The notes under the pieces: model-generated | The model's database searches: none | What the model was told of the DNA's origin: nothing | What the model saw: only the letters and a program-made list of their open reading frames with translations | Shown: in pieces, positions 9,138 through 17,470 of the stretch | Numbering within the stretch: position 1 is the stretch's first letter | How the letters are laid out: each line of letters starts with the position of its first letter | Assembly: GCA_016200035.1 (NCBI GenBank) | Contig: JACQFM010000016.1 | Coordinates: 1 to 25,955, forward strand | Direction: 5' to 3' | Length of the DNA stretch: 25,955 bases | Origin: Nitrososphaerota archaeon | Lineage (GTDB): Archaea; Thermoproteota; Nitrososphaeria; Nitrososphaerales; Nitrosopumilaceae | Translations under genes and position numbers: made by a program

Positions 9138-10940
9138 TTGAGTAAGACTAGCCTTAGTCAATCTAAAGGTGATTTGCCAAAACACAAGATAAATTGGGGC
9201 AGACTAGAGGAAGCTGAAAAATTTGCAGAGACTGTAAAACTTTTCCGTCAAGGTAAGCTAAGTCATGATGATTTCAGACGATTTCGATTACAACACGGTG
9301 CATATGGTAGTCGAATGACTGACAATTACAGCATGGTAAGAATAAAAATTCCCGCGGGTGAGATTCATCCAGAACAACTTGAGAGAATAGCTCAGCTGAG
9401 TGAAGCGTTTTCAATAGGTAGTGCTCATGTCTCCACTAGACAAAATTTCCAACTGCACTGGGTGTTTTTAGAAGATGTATCAGAAATTATGCGAGGTCTA
9501 GCAGAGGTAGGACTTACAACGAGAGAAGCGTGTGGCAATACAGTAAGAAATGTCATGTGTAGTCCTCTTGCTGGCGTATGTCCAGACGAAGATTTCGATC
9601 CTACTCCATATGCTATAGCTACTGCAAGATTTCTTTTGCGAAATCCACTAAACCAAGCCCTGCCGCGAAAATTCAAAATCAATTTTACATGTTGTGAAAA
9701 ACACGGAATGGCACGCATTGCTGACATTGGTTTGATACCTAAAAGGACCGAGGTTGATGGAAAGGCACAGAACGGATTCAAAGTATTTTTGGGCGGCGGA
9801 TTGGGGGCACAATCATTTATAGGATATCAGCTTGAAGAATTCACAGCCGAGGAAGACTTGGCATATACGACAATAGCTGTTCTTAGGATATTTGATAGAA
9901 TGGGCAATCGTGAGAATATGGCCAGAAACAGGATGAGGTATCTTGTTAACGAGATGGGATGGGAGAAGTTCCAAAAACTAGTGTTAAAGGAAAGAGCAAT
10001 AGTAAGAGCAACACAATCTGTACTAGTAAAGCTTGAAGTAGATAAGACCCCTGATGCGTTGCAAAGAGTTACAATTAGCTCAGACCGTCCAGCTCCACCG
10101 GATGGATTTTCTAGATGGGCTAAAAGTAATACTGTCAAACAAAAACAGAGTGGATACAGTGCAGTATTTCTGACTTTGGAGTCTGGCGATATGACTGCAA
10201 ACCAACTAAGGGTGGCGGCCCAGATAGCAAGAGAATTCTCTGCGGAAGGAAAAGCAAGAAATGGTTTCACACAAGACATTGTATTTAGATGGGTAAGAGA
10301 CGAGGATCTTACAGGATTATATTCCAAGCTCTTAGAGGTTGGACTTGCAAGTCCTGGAGCTCTAACCATGGCATCAGTGGTAGGATGCACAGGAACTGCT
10401 TCATGCAATCTTGCATTGACAAATTCTCACAGACTGTCAAAGGAGATACAGAGAAAATTCATTGAGCTTAAGCTTGATATGGATGATTCATTGCGTGACT
10501 CTACAATAAAGATAAGTGGTTGTCCCAACTCATGTGGTCAGCACGGGATCGCAACAATTGGATTTTATGGTGGCGGTGGAAGGATGGGAAAAAACATGTA
10601 CCCACTGTATATGATGTCACTAGGGGGACGCGCAGATGAACAAGCAATGCTTGGTCTGAATTGCACGAGAGTTCCTGCAAGGAGAGTCATACCAGTAATT
10701 TTAAAAATAATTGATATTTTCAAATCTGAAAAAAGAGACGGCGAAACACTAGATTCATGGATACACAGAGTAATAGATAGAAACGGTGGTCCAAATGTCA
10801 AGTCTATAAACGACATTAAGGAATTGTTAAAACCGCTACTAACTATTCCATCCGTTGAAGAAGACAAAGACTTCTATATCGACTATGGAAGCGATGGAGG
10901 TTATCATGCAAGAACAGGAAGGGGAGAATGTGCTGCTTGA
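9138..10940 (+). CDS. Siroheme/[4Fe-4S] ferredoxin-dependent nitrite/sulfite reductase (probably assimilatory sulfite reductase)
   Basis: RLQHGAYG, HVSTRQNFQLH, ACGNTVRN, CTGTASCNLA (C-x5-C), SGCPNSCG (C-x3-C) and C-terminal GECAA. Start moved from 9006 to TTG 9138 on the basis of TATA position. Confidence 0.93.
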   Translation: MSKTSLSQSKGDLPKHKINWGRLEEAEKFAETVKLFRQGKLSHDDFRRFRLQHGAYGSRMTDNYSMVRIKIPAGEIHPEQLERIAQLSEAFSIGSAHVSTRQNFQLHWVFLEDVSEIMRGLAEVGLTTREACGNTVRNVMCSPLAGVCPDEDFDPTPYAIATARFLLRNPLNQALPRKFKINFTCCEKHGMARIADIGLIPKRTEVDGKAQNGFKVFLGGGLGAQSFIGYQLEEFTAEEDLAYTTIAVLRIFDRMGNRENMARNRMRYLVNEMGWEKFQKLVLKERAIVRATQSVLVKLEVDKTPDALQRVTISSDRPAPPDGFSRWAKSNTVKQKQSGYSAVFLTLESGDMTANQLRVAAQIAREFSAEGKARNGFTQDIVFRWVRDEDLTGLYSKLLEVGLASPGALTMASVVGCTGTASCNLALTNSHRLSKEIQRKFIELKLDMDDSLRDSTIKISGCPNSCGQHGIATIGFYGGGGRMGKNMYPLYMMSLGGRADEQAMLGLNCTRVPARRVIPVILKIIDIFKSEKRDGETLDSWIHRVIDRNGGPNVKSINDIKELLKPLLTIPSVEEDKDFYIDYGSDGGYHARTGRGECAA

Positions 10941-11740
10941 GTGCAGAAAAGACTACGCGTATTACAATAGATGCAGATTCACTTAGGTCTGAAATAAGAG
11001 ACAAGAGTGTACGTGTACTAGATGTAAGAAAGGAAGAAGACTTTAAACAAAATCACATTCCAAGTGCAGTAAATCTTCCTCTTGCAACTCTGCTCTCAGA
11101 TGACAGTCCACAAAAGGTGTTACAACTAACCCAGTCATTTGGAATCGATGACGAAACTCCAGTTGTAGTTTACGATGACACATTTGGAGCGCTTGCTTCC
11201 AGAGTCGCATGGACACTCCAATATATTGGCCATCAGAATGTTTCGCTTTTAGGCATTACATATGGAACTTGGAAGAAGATGGGTCTTGAAACAAGTGCAG
11301 AACAACCTTCATTTGCTAAAAAAAATCACTCACTGAAAATAAGACCAGAAATTCTTGCAACCGTAGATTACTTGGAATCCGTGAAAGGAAAAAACGGAAC
11401 CATTCTTATTGATAACCGAGAAAGACTAAATTATCTAGAAAATCACATCCCAGGAGCAATCAACCTTCCCTATAGAATGCTAGCATCTCCTGAAAACATA
11501 TTGAGACCAAAAGAAGAACTCAGGCGACTAATCCAGAACAGAAACATTCCACTTGGGGTTGAAACGATAACATACTGTGGTAGTGTAGGCACACTTTCAG
11601 GACTGGCTTACTATGCACTAAAATCTACAGGCATGGAAAACGTGAAACTCTATGTGCGTTCCTTTAAAGAATGGAAGACACTACAAAAACCAGTTGATGG
11701 CCAAAAAGACGCACACTATTGGGATCTTTCAGCAGAATAA
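10937..11740 (+). CDS. Tandem-domain rhodanese/sulfurtransferase
   Basis: LDVR...HIPSA, VVYDD, IDNR..HIPGA and active-site loop YCGSVGT. TTG start overlaps the reductase TGA (TTGA, 10937-10940). Confidence 0.92.
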   Translation: MSAEKTTRITIDADSLRSEIRDKSVRVLDVRKEEDFKQNHIPSAVNLPLATLLSDDSPQKVLQLTQSFGIDDETPVVVYDDTFGALASRVAWTLQYIGHQNVSLLGITYGTWKKMGLETSAEQPSFAKKNHSLKIRPEILATVDYLESVKGKNGTILIDNRERLNYLENHIPGAINLPYRMLASPENILRPKEELRRLIQNRNIPLGVETITYCGSVGTLSGLAYYALKSTGMENVKLYVRSFKEWKTLQKPVDGQKDAHYWDLSAE

Positions 11741-11752
11741 GTTATATCAATA

Positions 11753-12853
11753 TCAATTTTGAGCTACAGCATTTCGCAGCTTTTGCGTAATATTCATTTC
11801 CATGTTATCAAAAAGCTCTGACATTTTTTGCTTATTTGCTTGCAGAAACTCAACCCCTCTGTCCTTTATTCTTATTTTATAAAGTCTAATCTCCCTATGT
11901 TCTTCAAGAAATTGTTCAATCATTTGCTGACCCTTCTTTTTTGAATCTATGAACACTTCAAGATTTGAAAGTGTCTCATCAACATCTAATCTTTCTATAG
12001 CTGATTTGGTTGCCTGAATTGCTTGAATAAGCTCTTTAAGATTATTTATTGAAGCTGAACTTTTTTTCGTCGCAAAGCCAAACTTACTTTTCTTTTCTGC
12101 GCCAATCTTTTCTGCAATCTCTGGCGCAAGCTCATATATTTCCTGTTTGTGAAATCCCTGCTTCTTTTCTTTTTTTATAATCAGTCCTTTTTCCATTAAT
12201 TTTTTCATCGCATCTTCAACTTCGGCTTTTCCCAACATTGTTGTCCAAACAATCTGTCCTACATGATGGTAACCCTGTCTGACAGATTCTAAAACCACAA
12301 CCTCGACTATTCTTCTGAACCCTTCTTCTGCTTTTACATTTTCAAAATCTTTATCTTTTACTGCTCGCTTTGCATTTTTGACATCGATCTCAATCGAGCG
12401 TTTTAGGGCCTCGATGGCCTCAGGAATTTGATTTAAAATTGAATGATAACAACCTTTGTTGTACCAAGCCATGCCATCTGTGGGGTTGGAGTCAATTGCC
12501 TTTTCTACACATTCCAAAGCCTTTTCGTAGTTTTTTAATTCATAATGAACAAGTCCTTTTAGATTCCAAGCATCTGCATTAGTTACATCAATTTGGAGCA
12601 CTTTGTCGTAAGCTTCCATTGCACCAGAAAAATCATCGGCGTGAAAACGCGCATAACCTAACTTTATGAGTGAATCAACATGATTTGGATCTACACGAAG
12701 TGCTTTTTCAAAGGCTTGGATTGCATCTTCCATCCTTTCATCTGCCATCATTTTGATTCCTTTTTTGTAAAACTCGTTTCTGGTGTAGTCAGGATCCGTC
12801 AATTTGGATTCTTTCTTAAGTTCCTCATGCTTGCCTTTTACTTTCTTTCTCAT
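11753..12853 (-). CDS. TPR-repeat protein with probable winged-helix and C-terminal helical domain
   Basis: Four to five TPR units (A...F.KAL..DP; AW..KG). The segment VLESVRQG...GKAEVEDAMKKLMEKGLI is wHTH-like. Confidence 0.88.
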   Translation of the reverse strand: MRKKVKGKHEELKKESKLTDPDYTRNEFYKKGIKMMADERMEDAIQAFEKALRVDPNHVDSLIKLGYARFHADDFSGAMEAYDKVLQIDVTNADAWNLKGLVHYELKNYEKALECVEKAIDSNPTDGMAWYNKGCYHSILNQIPEAIEALKRSIEIDVKNAKRAVKDKDFENVKAEEGFRRIVEVVVLESVRQGYHHVGQIVWTTMLGKAEVEDAMKKLMEKGLIIKKEKKQGFHKQEIYELAPEIAEKIGAEKKSKFGFATKKSSASINNLKELIQAIQATKSAIERLDVDETLSNLEVFIDSKKKGQQMIEQFLEEHREIRLYKIRIKDRGVEFLQANKQKMSELFDNMEMNITQKLRNAVAQN

Positions 12854-12988
12854 ATGTTTATAATTCGAACTTTTGCCAGATAAATACTATTCAAAGAAGG
12901 CATGGTATGAAAAATACTCAAATTCGTTCGTAAAGCGGTTTTTATATTACTTGAAAATACAAAAATACTAAGGGATTACACCTAGGAT

Positions 12989-14413
12989 ATGTCAAGCGGC
13001 GGGGCAAGGAAGATCGAAATAGAAGGGATTTCTCCTTTCAAATTGTCCTCCGGTGTCTTTGAGGTTCAGATTGCGATTTGTCAAAGTAAGCCATCTGAAG
13101 AAGAAATTGCAAAAAAAAGTTTTCCATCATTATGGAAAGATGATTTCCATCTAAGAGTCAAGGATTCAAAATTTGCTCAAGTGCTTGGCGCTGATAAAAA
13201 TCCAATCCCCGAATTAGTTTTTCAATTGGGTAGAGCATGGATAGTAATTACTGATCATTTTTCTTCAATTCACGCTGTTTTTGAAACTGAGGTCTCTCCA
13301 CCTGTTGTTAAGAAAGTAGTTGGGACCTATGAACCGAAACCTCAAAGAGCAGAACTAGCGCCTAGACCTACACGAGGAACTGAAGGTCCACCAGGTCCGC
13401 CTGGACCGAGGGGACGGACAGGTCCACAAGGTCCTCCAGGCGATAAAGGCCCACCAGGTCTACAAGGTCAACGTGGAGAAGATGGTCCACTAGGTCCATC
13501 AGGCGACAAAGGTCACTCAGGGCCGCCAGGAGACAAGGGTGAACCTGGTCCAAGAGGTACGCCAGGTGATAAAGGTGACAAAGGTGACAAGGGAGAGCAA
13601 GGTCCACGTGGAGACAAAGGATTAACAGGTGATAAGGGCCCCCCAGGAGACAAGGGACCAAGAGGCGATAAAGGCCCACCAGGTGACAAGGGAGACAAAG
13701 GCGACAAGGGAGACAAAGGCGACAAAGGTCTAACTGGCGATATCGGTCTACCAGGCGATAAAGGTCCGACTGGTCCACCAGGTCCGTCTGGTGACAAAGG
13801 CATCATGGGACCACCTGGAGAAAAAGGAATCAAAGGTCCACCAGGAGCTGCAGGAGATAAAGGAGAGAGAGGTCCACAAGGCCCACAGGGAGAAAAAGGT
13901 CTTACAGGTCCACAAGGTTCGTCAGGTGACAAGGGTCCACAAGGTCCACAAGGTCCTCCAGGAGAGAAAGGTCTAACTGGAGTTCCAGGTCAGCAGGGTG
14001 ATAGGGGTCCAAGGGGAATGCCAGGTCCATCAGGTGAACAGGGTCCAAGAGGACTTCAGGGTCCACCAGGTGATAAGGGTCCAGGTGGTCCACAAGGTCC
14101 ACAAGGTGAAAGAGGTCCACAAGGCCCGCAAGGTACACCAGGCGAACGCGGTCCACAAGGAATCCAAGGGTTGCAGGGAGAACGAGGTCCATCAGGTCCA
14201 CAAGGTTCATCAGGTGACAAGGGTCCACAAGGTCCACAAGGTCCACCAGGTGAACAAGGGCCAAGAGGGCCGCCAGGTCCACCAGGTGATAAAGGCCCTA
14301 CTGGCTTTTCAGAACAAGAAAGAGCACTTCTAACTCAATTGCTAGAATTACTTGTCGCAAAAAATGTTATAACAACAGAACAGCAAATTAAATTACTCAG
14401 TTTTCTGTACTAG
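12989..14413 (+). CDS. Collagen-like protein: 129-aa N-domain, 104 Gly-X-Y triplets, 33-aa Leu-rich C-terminus
   Basis: Residues 130-441 are uninterrupted G-X-Y. No signal peptide or long hydrophobic segment is visible. Confidence 0.95.
   Translation: MSSGGARKIEIEGISPFKLSSGVFEVQIAICQSKPSEEEIAKKSFPSLWKDDFHLRVKDSKFAQVLGADKNPIPELVFQLGRAWIVITDHFSSIHAVFETEVSPPVVKKVVGTYEPKPQRAELAPRPTRGTEGPPGPPGPRGRTGPQGPPGDKGPPGLQGQRGEDGPLGPSGDKGHSGPPGDKGEPGPRGTPGDKGDKGDKGEQGPRGDKGLTGDKGPPGDKGPRGDKGPPGDKGDKGDKGDKGDKGLTGDIGLPGDKGPTGPPGPSGDKGIMGPPGEKGIKGPPGAAGDKGERGPQGPQGEKGLTGPQGSSGDKGPQGPQGPPGEKGLTGVPGQQGDRGPRGMPGPSGEQGPRGLQGPPGDKGPGGPQGPQGERGPQGPQGTPGERGPQGIQGLQGERGPSGPQGSSGDKGPQGPQGPPGEQGPRGPPGPPGDKGPTGFSEQERALLTQLLELLVAKNVITTEQQIKLLSFLY
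13376..14311 (+). repeat. 9-nt-period collagen coding repeat, with a 60-nt duplicated block and a (GDK)5 tandem
   Basis: 13907-13966 and 14195-14254 match at 56/60 nt. GGNGACAAR occurs five times in tandem at 13682-13726. Confidence 0.9.
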
Positions 14414-14514
14414 CAGGTTATACTACATTATTAGACACAGGCAGTCTAAAAATTCAATTTTAGTTTTAAGTTACGTCAGTATCTTCAAATAACTGCAGAG
14501 ACTCTTCATCCTTG

Positions 14515-14799
14515 ATGAGTAGTTCAAAAGATAAGATAGATTTCAAATTGTTAGATCATGAAAGGATAGGAAACGAGTCTGTATCTTTCAAGCTTGAAGA
14601 TGGCACTATAGTAAAAGTCAAAGTAGATTTGGATCGGGTGGGAATAGCTACTAACTACAGAAATCCAGATGGAACTCCACACTATGCCATCAACACTTCA
14701 GTGAAGATATCAGTAATTCCTAGTGAGAGAAAGTTTTCTGTAGAGCGAGAAGCGATAAAAGGAAAATCATCTTCTCCTCCAGGACAGATGTTTAGCTAA
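14515..14799 (+). CDS. Hypothetical beta-rich protein
   Basis: About 94 aa (TTG 14512 or ATG 14515) with LEDGTIVKVKV...NPDGTPHY and natural composition. Confidence 0.8.
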   Translation: MSSSKDKIDFKLLDHERIGNESVSFKLEDGTIVKVKVDLDRVGIATNYRNPDGTPHYAINTSVKISVIPSERKFSVEREAIKGKSSSPPGQMFS

Positions 14800-14820
14800 A
14801 GCTGTAAAAATATGAAGATT

Positions 14821-14838
14821 ATCGCTCAATGGAGCGAT
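14821..14838. terminator. Hairpin ATCGCTC-AATG-GAGCGAT between convergent genes
   Basis: Perfect 7-bp stem with 4-nt loop, in the 66-nt gap between two facing stop codons. Confidence 0.45.
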
Positions 14839-14865
14839 GCTTTCATCTAATCTCTTAGATAAGAA

Positions 14866-15003
14866 CTATCTTCGTCGCTTTTTTGCTTTTTTCTTAGATG
14901 ATCTCTTTGGTCTTCTTGGAGCAGATCGTCGCTTTGTAGCTGGTCTGCGTTTTGAAGATGATCTACGCTTCGCAGCTTTTCTAGATCGCTTTTTAGTCGC
15001 CAT
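14866..15003 (-). CDS. 45-aa protamine/histone-H1-tail-like basic protein
   Basis: Hand translation: MATKKRSRKAAKRRSSSKRRPATKRRSAPRRPKRSSKKKAKKRRR*. ATG to TAG, 14 R and 12 K. Below the ORF-track cutoff. Confidence 0.85.
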   Translation of the reverse strand: MATKKRSRKAAKRRSSSKRRPATKRRSAPRRPKRSSKKKAKKRRR

Positions 15004-15119
15004 TAAAAAAAGTAGAATTAACTTACTTTTCTATAGCTAAACTAAAAAACATTACACTAACTGATTCACAATATGTCACTGGATTTTTTCTAAAAAATTT
15101 TTATTGATCGCAATTTTGA

Positions 15120-15296
15120 TCAGTAAACAGCTTCTGCGGAAGGTCTTCTACCTAACAACCAAGTTTTCTCACCGCAAATTGTGCATTTGTATTGTCTTCT
15201 TCTTTTGTAAGTTGGAATTTCTGGCATGAAAATAATTTCTTGTTTTGTTTTTGCCAGGCATCTTTTGCACCAACGATTTTCAAACTCAGCTTCCAT
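15120..15296 (-). CDS. 58-aa zinc-ribbon protein (2x CxxC)
   Basis: Hand translation: MEAEFENRWCKRCLAKTKQEIIFMPEIPTYKRRRQYKCTICGEKTWLLGRRPSAEAVY*. Starts 11 nt after the drg stop. Confidence 0.88.
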   Translation of the reverse strand: MEAEFENRWCKRCLAKTKQEIIFMPEIPTYKRRRQYKCTICGEKTWLLGRRPSAEAVY

Positions 15297-15307
15297 GTCT
15301 AAAATTT

Positions 15308-16414
15308 TCAGGCTCCCCTGTTTTTTACTATGGTTAGAACATCTTCATCTTGCAAACTATGATGAAGCCCAACTCTTTGTCCACCAAACTTTACACTCTT
15401 TCCCCAAACCAAGCCATATCTGAACTCTTTTTTCAAATCGCGGTGGAGCTTATTACAAATTTCTAGTAGGGTAGAGCCGTTTCTTGTTATTAGAGGCTCT
15501 TTGTAGTCTGTTTCGCCACCCTTTGGTCTCATGTATATCCTAATGAAGTCAAGCTTTTCGTAGATTTTATCCTTGAGTGCGTTTATGTTAATATCGGCGT
15601 CTGCAGATATTGGAATGATTTTTGCTTTTAGATTAGATTGAAGCTCATTTAGAAAACCCTGGTTTACTAGGTCTATTTTGTTTACCACCATAAGTGACTC
15701 AACATAGGTCTTGCTTCCTGAAATAAAATCGATAAGTTGCTCAGAATCAATATCCTCCCTTACTAAGACTCTGGCATTGTTTAGTCCGTAAACGCGGAGA
15801 ATGTCTTTCATAAGGCCAACTGACATTTTTGTCATCTTTATCTGCTGGCTCACAGATATTCCTCCGTCAGATGTTTTTTCGATAACAATGTTTGGTGGTT
15901 TTTGGTCTAATCGAATTCCGATATTTGCAAGCTCTGTCCTAATAACGTCCTCATGATACGGTTGAAAAACATCAAGAAGAATTAGGACTAGGTCAGCACT
16001 TTTTGCCACTGCCAATACGCGCTTACCTAGTCCCTTGCCAGTTGAAGCTCCTTTTATAATTCCAGGCAAATCAAGGATCTGAATCTTTGCGCCACGATGT
16101 TCCATCATTCCAGGAACCACCGTAGTTGTTGTGAATTGAAATGATGCAACAGCTGATTTTGCACCAGTGAGTCTGTTAAGTAAGGTAGATTTTCCAACGC
16201 TTGGCAATCCTAATAATACAACAGTTGCATCACCGGTTCTCTTTACATCAAATCCGACAGAGCTGCCAGATGATTTTGATTTTAGTTCTTCTTGCTCACG
16301 TTTAAGCTTTGCAAGCTTTGCTTTTAACAGACCAACATGGTGCTCCGTGGCTTTGTTTATCTGTGTCTTGGCCATCTCATCTTTTATTGCTTGAATCTTC
16401 TCGGGAATTCCCAT
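15308..16414 (-). CDS. drg: DRG/OBG-family ribosome-associated GTPase with TGS domain
   Basis: N-terminal NKATEHH..LLKAKLAKL, G1 GLPSVGKST, G3 DLPG, G4 NKID and TGS-end VGLHHSLQDEDV. Confidence 0.96.
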   Translation of the reverse strand: MGIPEKIQAIKDEMAKTQINKATEHHVGLLKAKLAKLKREQEELKSKSSGSSVGFDVKRTGDATVVLLGLPSVGKSTLLNRLTGAKSAVASFQFTTTTVVPGMMEHRGAKIQILDLPGIIKGASTGKGLGKRVLAVAKSADLVLILLDVFQPYHEDVIRTELANIGIRLDQKPPNIVIEKTSDGGISVSQQIKMTKMSVGLMKDILRVYGLNNARVLVREDIDSEQLIDFISGSKTYVESLMVVNKIDLVNQGFLNELQSNLKAKIIPISADADININALKDKIYEKLDFIRIYMRPKGGETDYKEPLITRNGSTLLEICNKLHRDLKKEFRYGLVWGKSVKFGGQRVGLHHSLQDEDVLTIVKNRGA

Positions 16415-16415
16415 C

Positions 16416-16643
16416 CTATCTCACCTTTCTTTTGGATTTACTAAATAAAACCCTATTTCCTTTCTTGACATACTGAATCCTGTTAGCTGGAATTGTCTCA
16501 AAGTTATCAGAAATTTTCATGAAATCTTCCAAAGTGATCTCCTTTATGATATCATAGTCTAGATATCCTACCGTATAAGAAGAAGGGTTGTCTTGATGTA
16601 ATGCCTTGCTAAAAATTTCTGAAAGCAGGCCCTTTCTTACCAT
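16416..16643 (-). CDS. DUF504 (MJ1316-like) family protein
   Basis: 75 aa with VGYLD...IPANRIQYVK.G..LF, matching the DUF504 IPxHRI pattern (His replaced by Asn). Ends 1 nt before the drg ATG. Confidence 0.7.
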   Translation of the reverse strand: MVRKGLLSEIFSKALHQDNPSSYTVGYLDYDIIKEITLEDFMKISDNFETIPANRIQYVKKGNRVLFSKSKRKVR

Positions 16644-16771
16644 AGTTGCTGTATGCTGAAATACTATTTATCATCACTAGAGTGCTTATTGTTTTAACTC
16701 ATTAAAGCTGGTTCAAATTTTTTGATTCTTGATACGTAGCAGTTATTACACTCCATAGAATATCTGACTTG

Positions 16772-17467
16772 ATGCATCAGAAAATTTTTGCACTTGACAT
16801 AGACGGAACAATCACTGAAAATGGCGGGGGCAGGATCCATCTTGATGCATTAGAAGCCTTAAGACATATGGAAAGGCTAGGCCACAAAGTTATCTTTGTG
16901 TCAGGTAGGTCGTCTGTAGAAGGTTACATTCTGTCTGTGTTTGCTGGAACTACTCGTATGGCAGTAGGCGAAAATGGTGGTGCCATAACATTTGGACCTT
17001 CAGATCACAAACTGCTGGGAAGTAAGGATGATTGCATCAAAGCATTTGAATTTATTAAATCAAAAATTCCACAAGCAAGAGAAAAACACGTTTTCCCAAG
17101 AATGACTGAGGTGGTACTTGAAAGAACATTTGACATAAACATGGCAAAAAAGATTGTTGAAGATAACAATCTTCCAGTTCAACTATCCGATAGCCAGTAT
17201 GCTTTTCACATTAATTCAAAAGGAGTTAACAAAGCACGGGGTTTTGAGGAAGTAATGAAGATGCTTTCTGTATCAAAAGATGATGTCATATCCATAGGTG
17301 ATAGTGAGACAGATGTTCCACTCTATAAAATGGCCGCTTTTAGCATAGCACTTGGCAACTCTGAAGAAAGTGTAAAGAATCAAGCAAGTATGAGCGTTTC
17401 AGGGAAAGCAGGGGATGGAGTAATTCAGGCCCTAGAACATGTGGCACTCAGATTATCAAAGGTGTAA
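16772..17467 (+). CDS. Archaeal phosphoglycolate phosphatase-type HAD (class IIB)
   Basis: DIDGTIT, SGR, GENGG, GVNKARG and IGDSETD. Confidence 0.88.
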   Translation: MHQKIFALDIDGTITENGGGRIHLDALEALRHMERLGHKVIFVSGRSSVEGYILSVFAGTTRMAVGENGGAITFGPSDHKLLGSKDDCIKAFEFIKSKIPQAREKHVFPRMTEVVLERTFDINMAKKIVEDNNLPVQLSDSQYAFHINSKGVNKARGFEEVMKMLSVSKDDVISIGDSETDVPLYKMAAFSIALGNSEESVKNQASMSVSGKAGDGVIQALEHVALRLSKV

Positions 17468-17470
17468 CCT

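Noticed and set aside
10929-10945. Selenocysteine readthrough at the reductase TGA after GECAA
   Set aside because: The TGA is part of a standard TTGA stop/start overlap with the rhodanese. No SECIS evidence seen.
12882-12969. Four AAATAC(T) direct repeats in the TPR/collagen divergent promoter
   Set aside because: Too short and A-rich to exceed chance, with irregular spacing.
13601-13675. RGD integrin motifs in the collagen
   Set aside because: Expected by chance from adjacent GPR and GDK triplets, and the protein has no export signal.
13376-14311. Collagen DNA repeats as a CRISPR array or DGR-like repeat
   Set aside because: Period is 9 nt and codon-locked, with no unique spacers, no cas or reverse transcriptase genes, and no adenine-specific mismatch pattern.
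13368-14333. Overlapping and antisense ORFs in the collagen gene (e.g. 13513..13932 SP-rich, 13902..14282, 13998..14333)
   Set aside because: Stop-free shadows produced by the GGN-NNN-NNN periodicity. The products are just frame images of Gly-X-Y.
14837-15040. 67-aa + strand ORF (MLSSNLLDK...)
   Set aside because: Antisense shadow of the basic 45-aa gene. Its F/L/R/D composition is the reverse complement of K/R/S codons.
15226-15423. 65-aa + strand ORF
   Set aside because: Antisense to the drg 3' end and the zinc-ribbon gene, both better supported.
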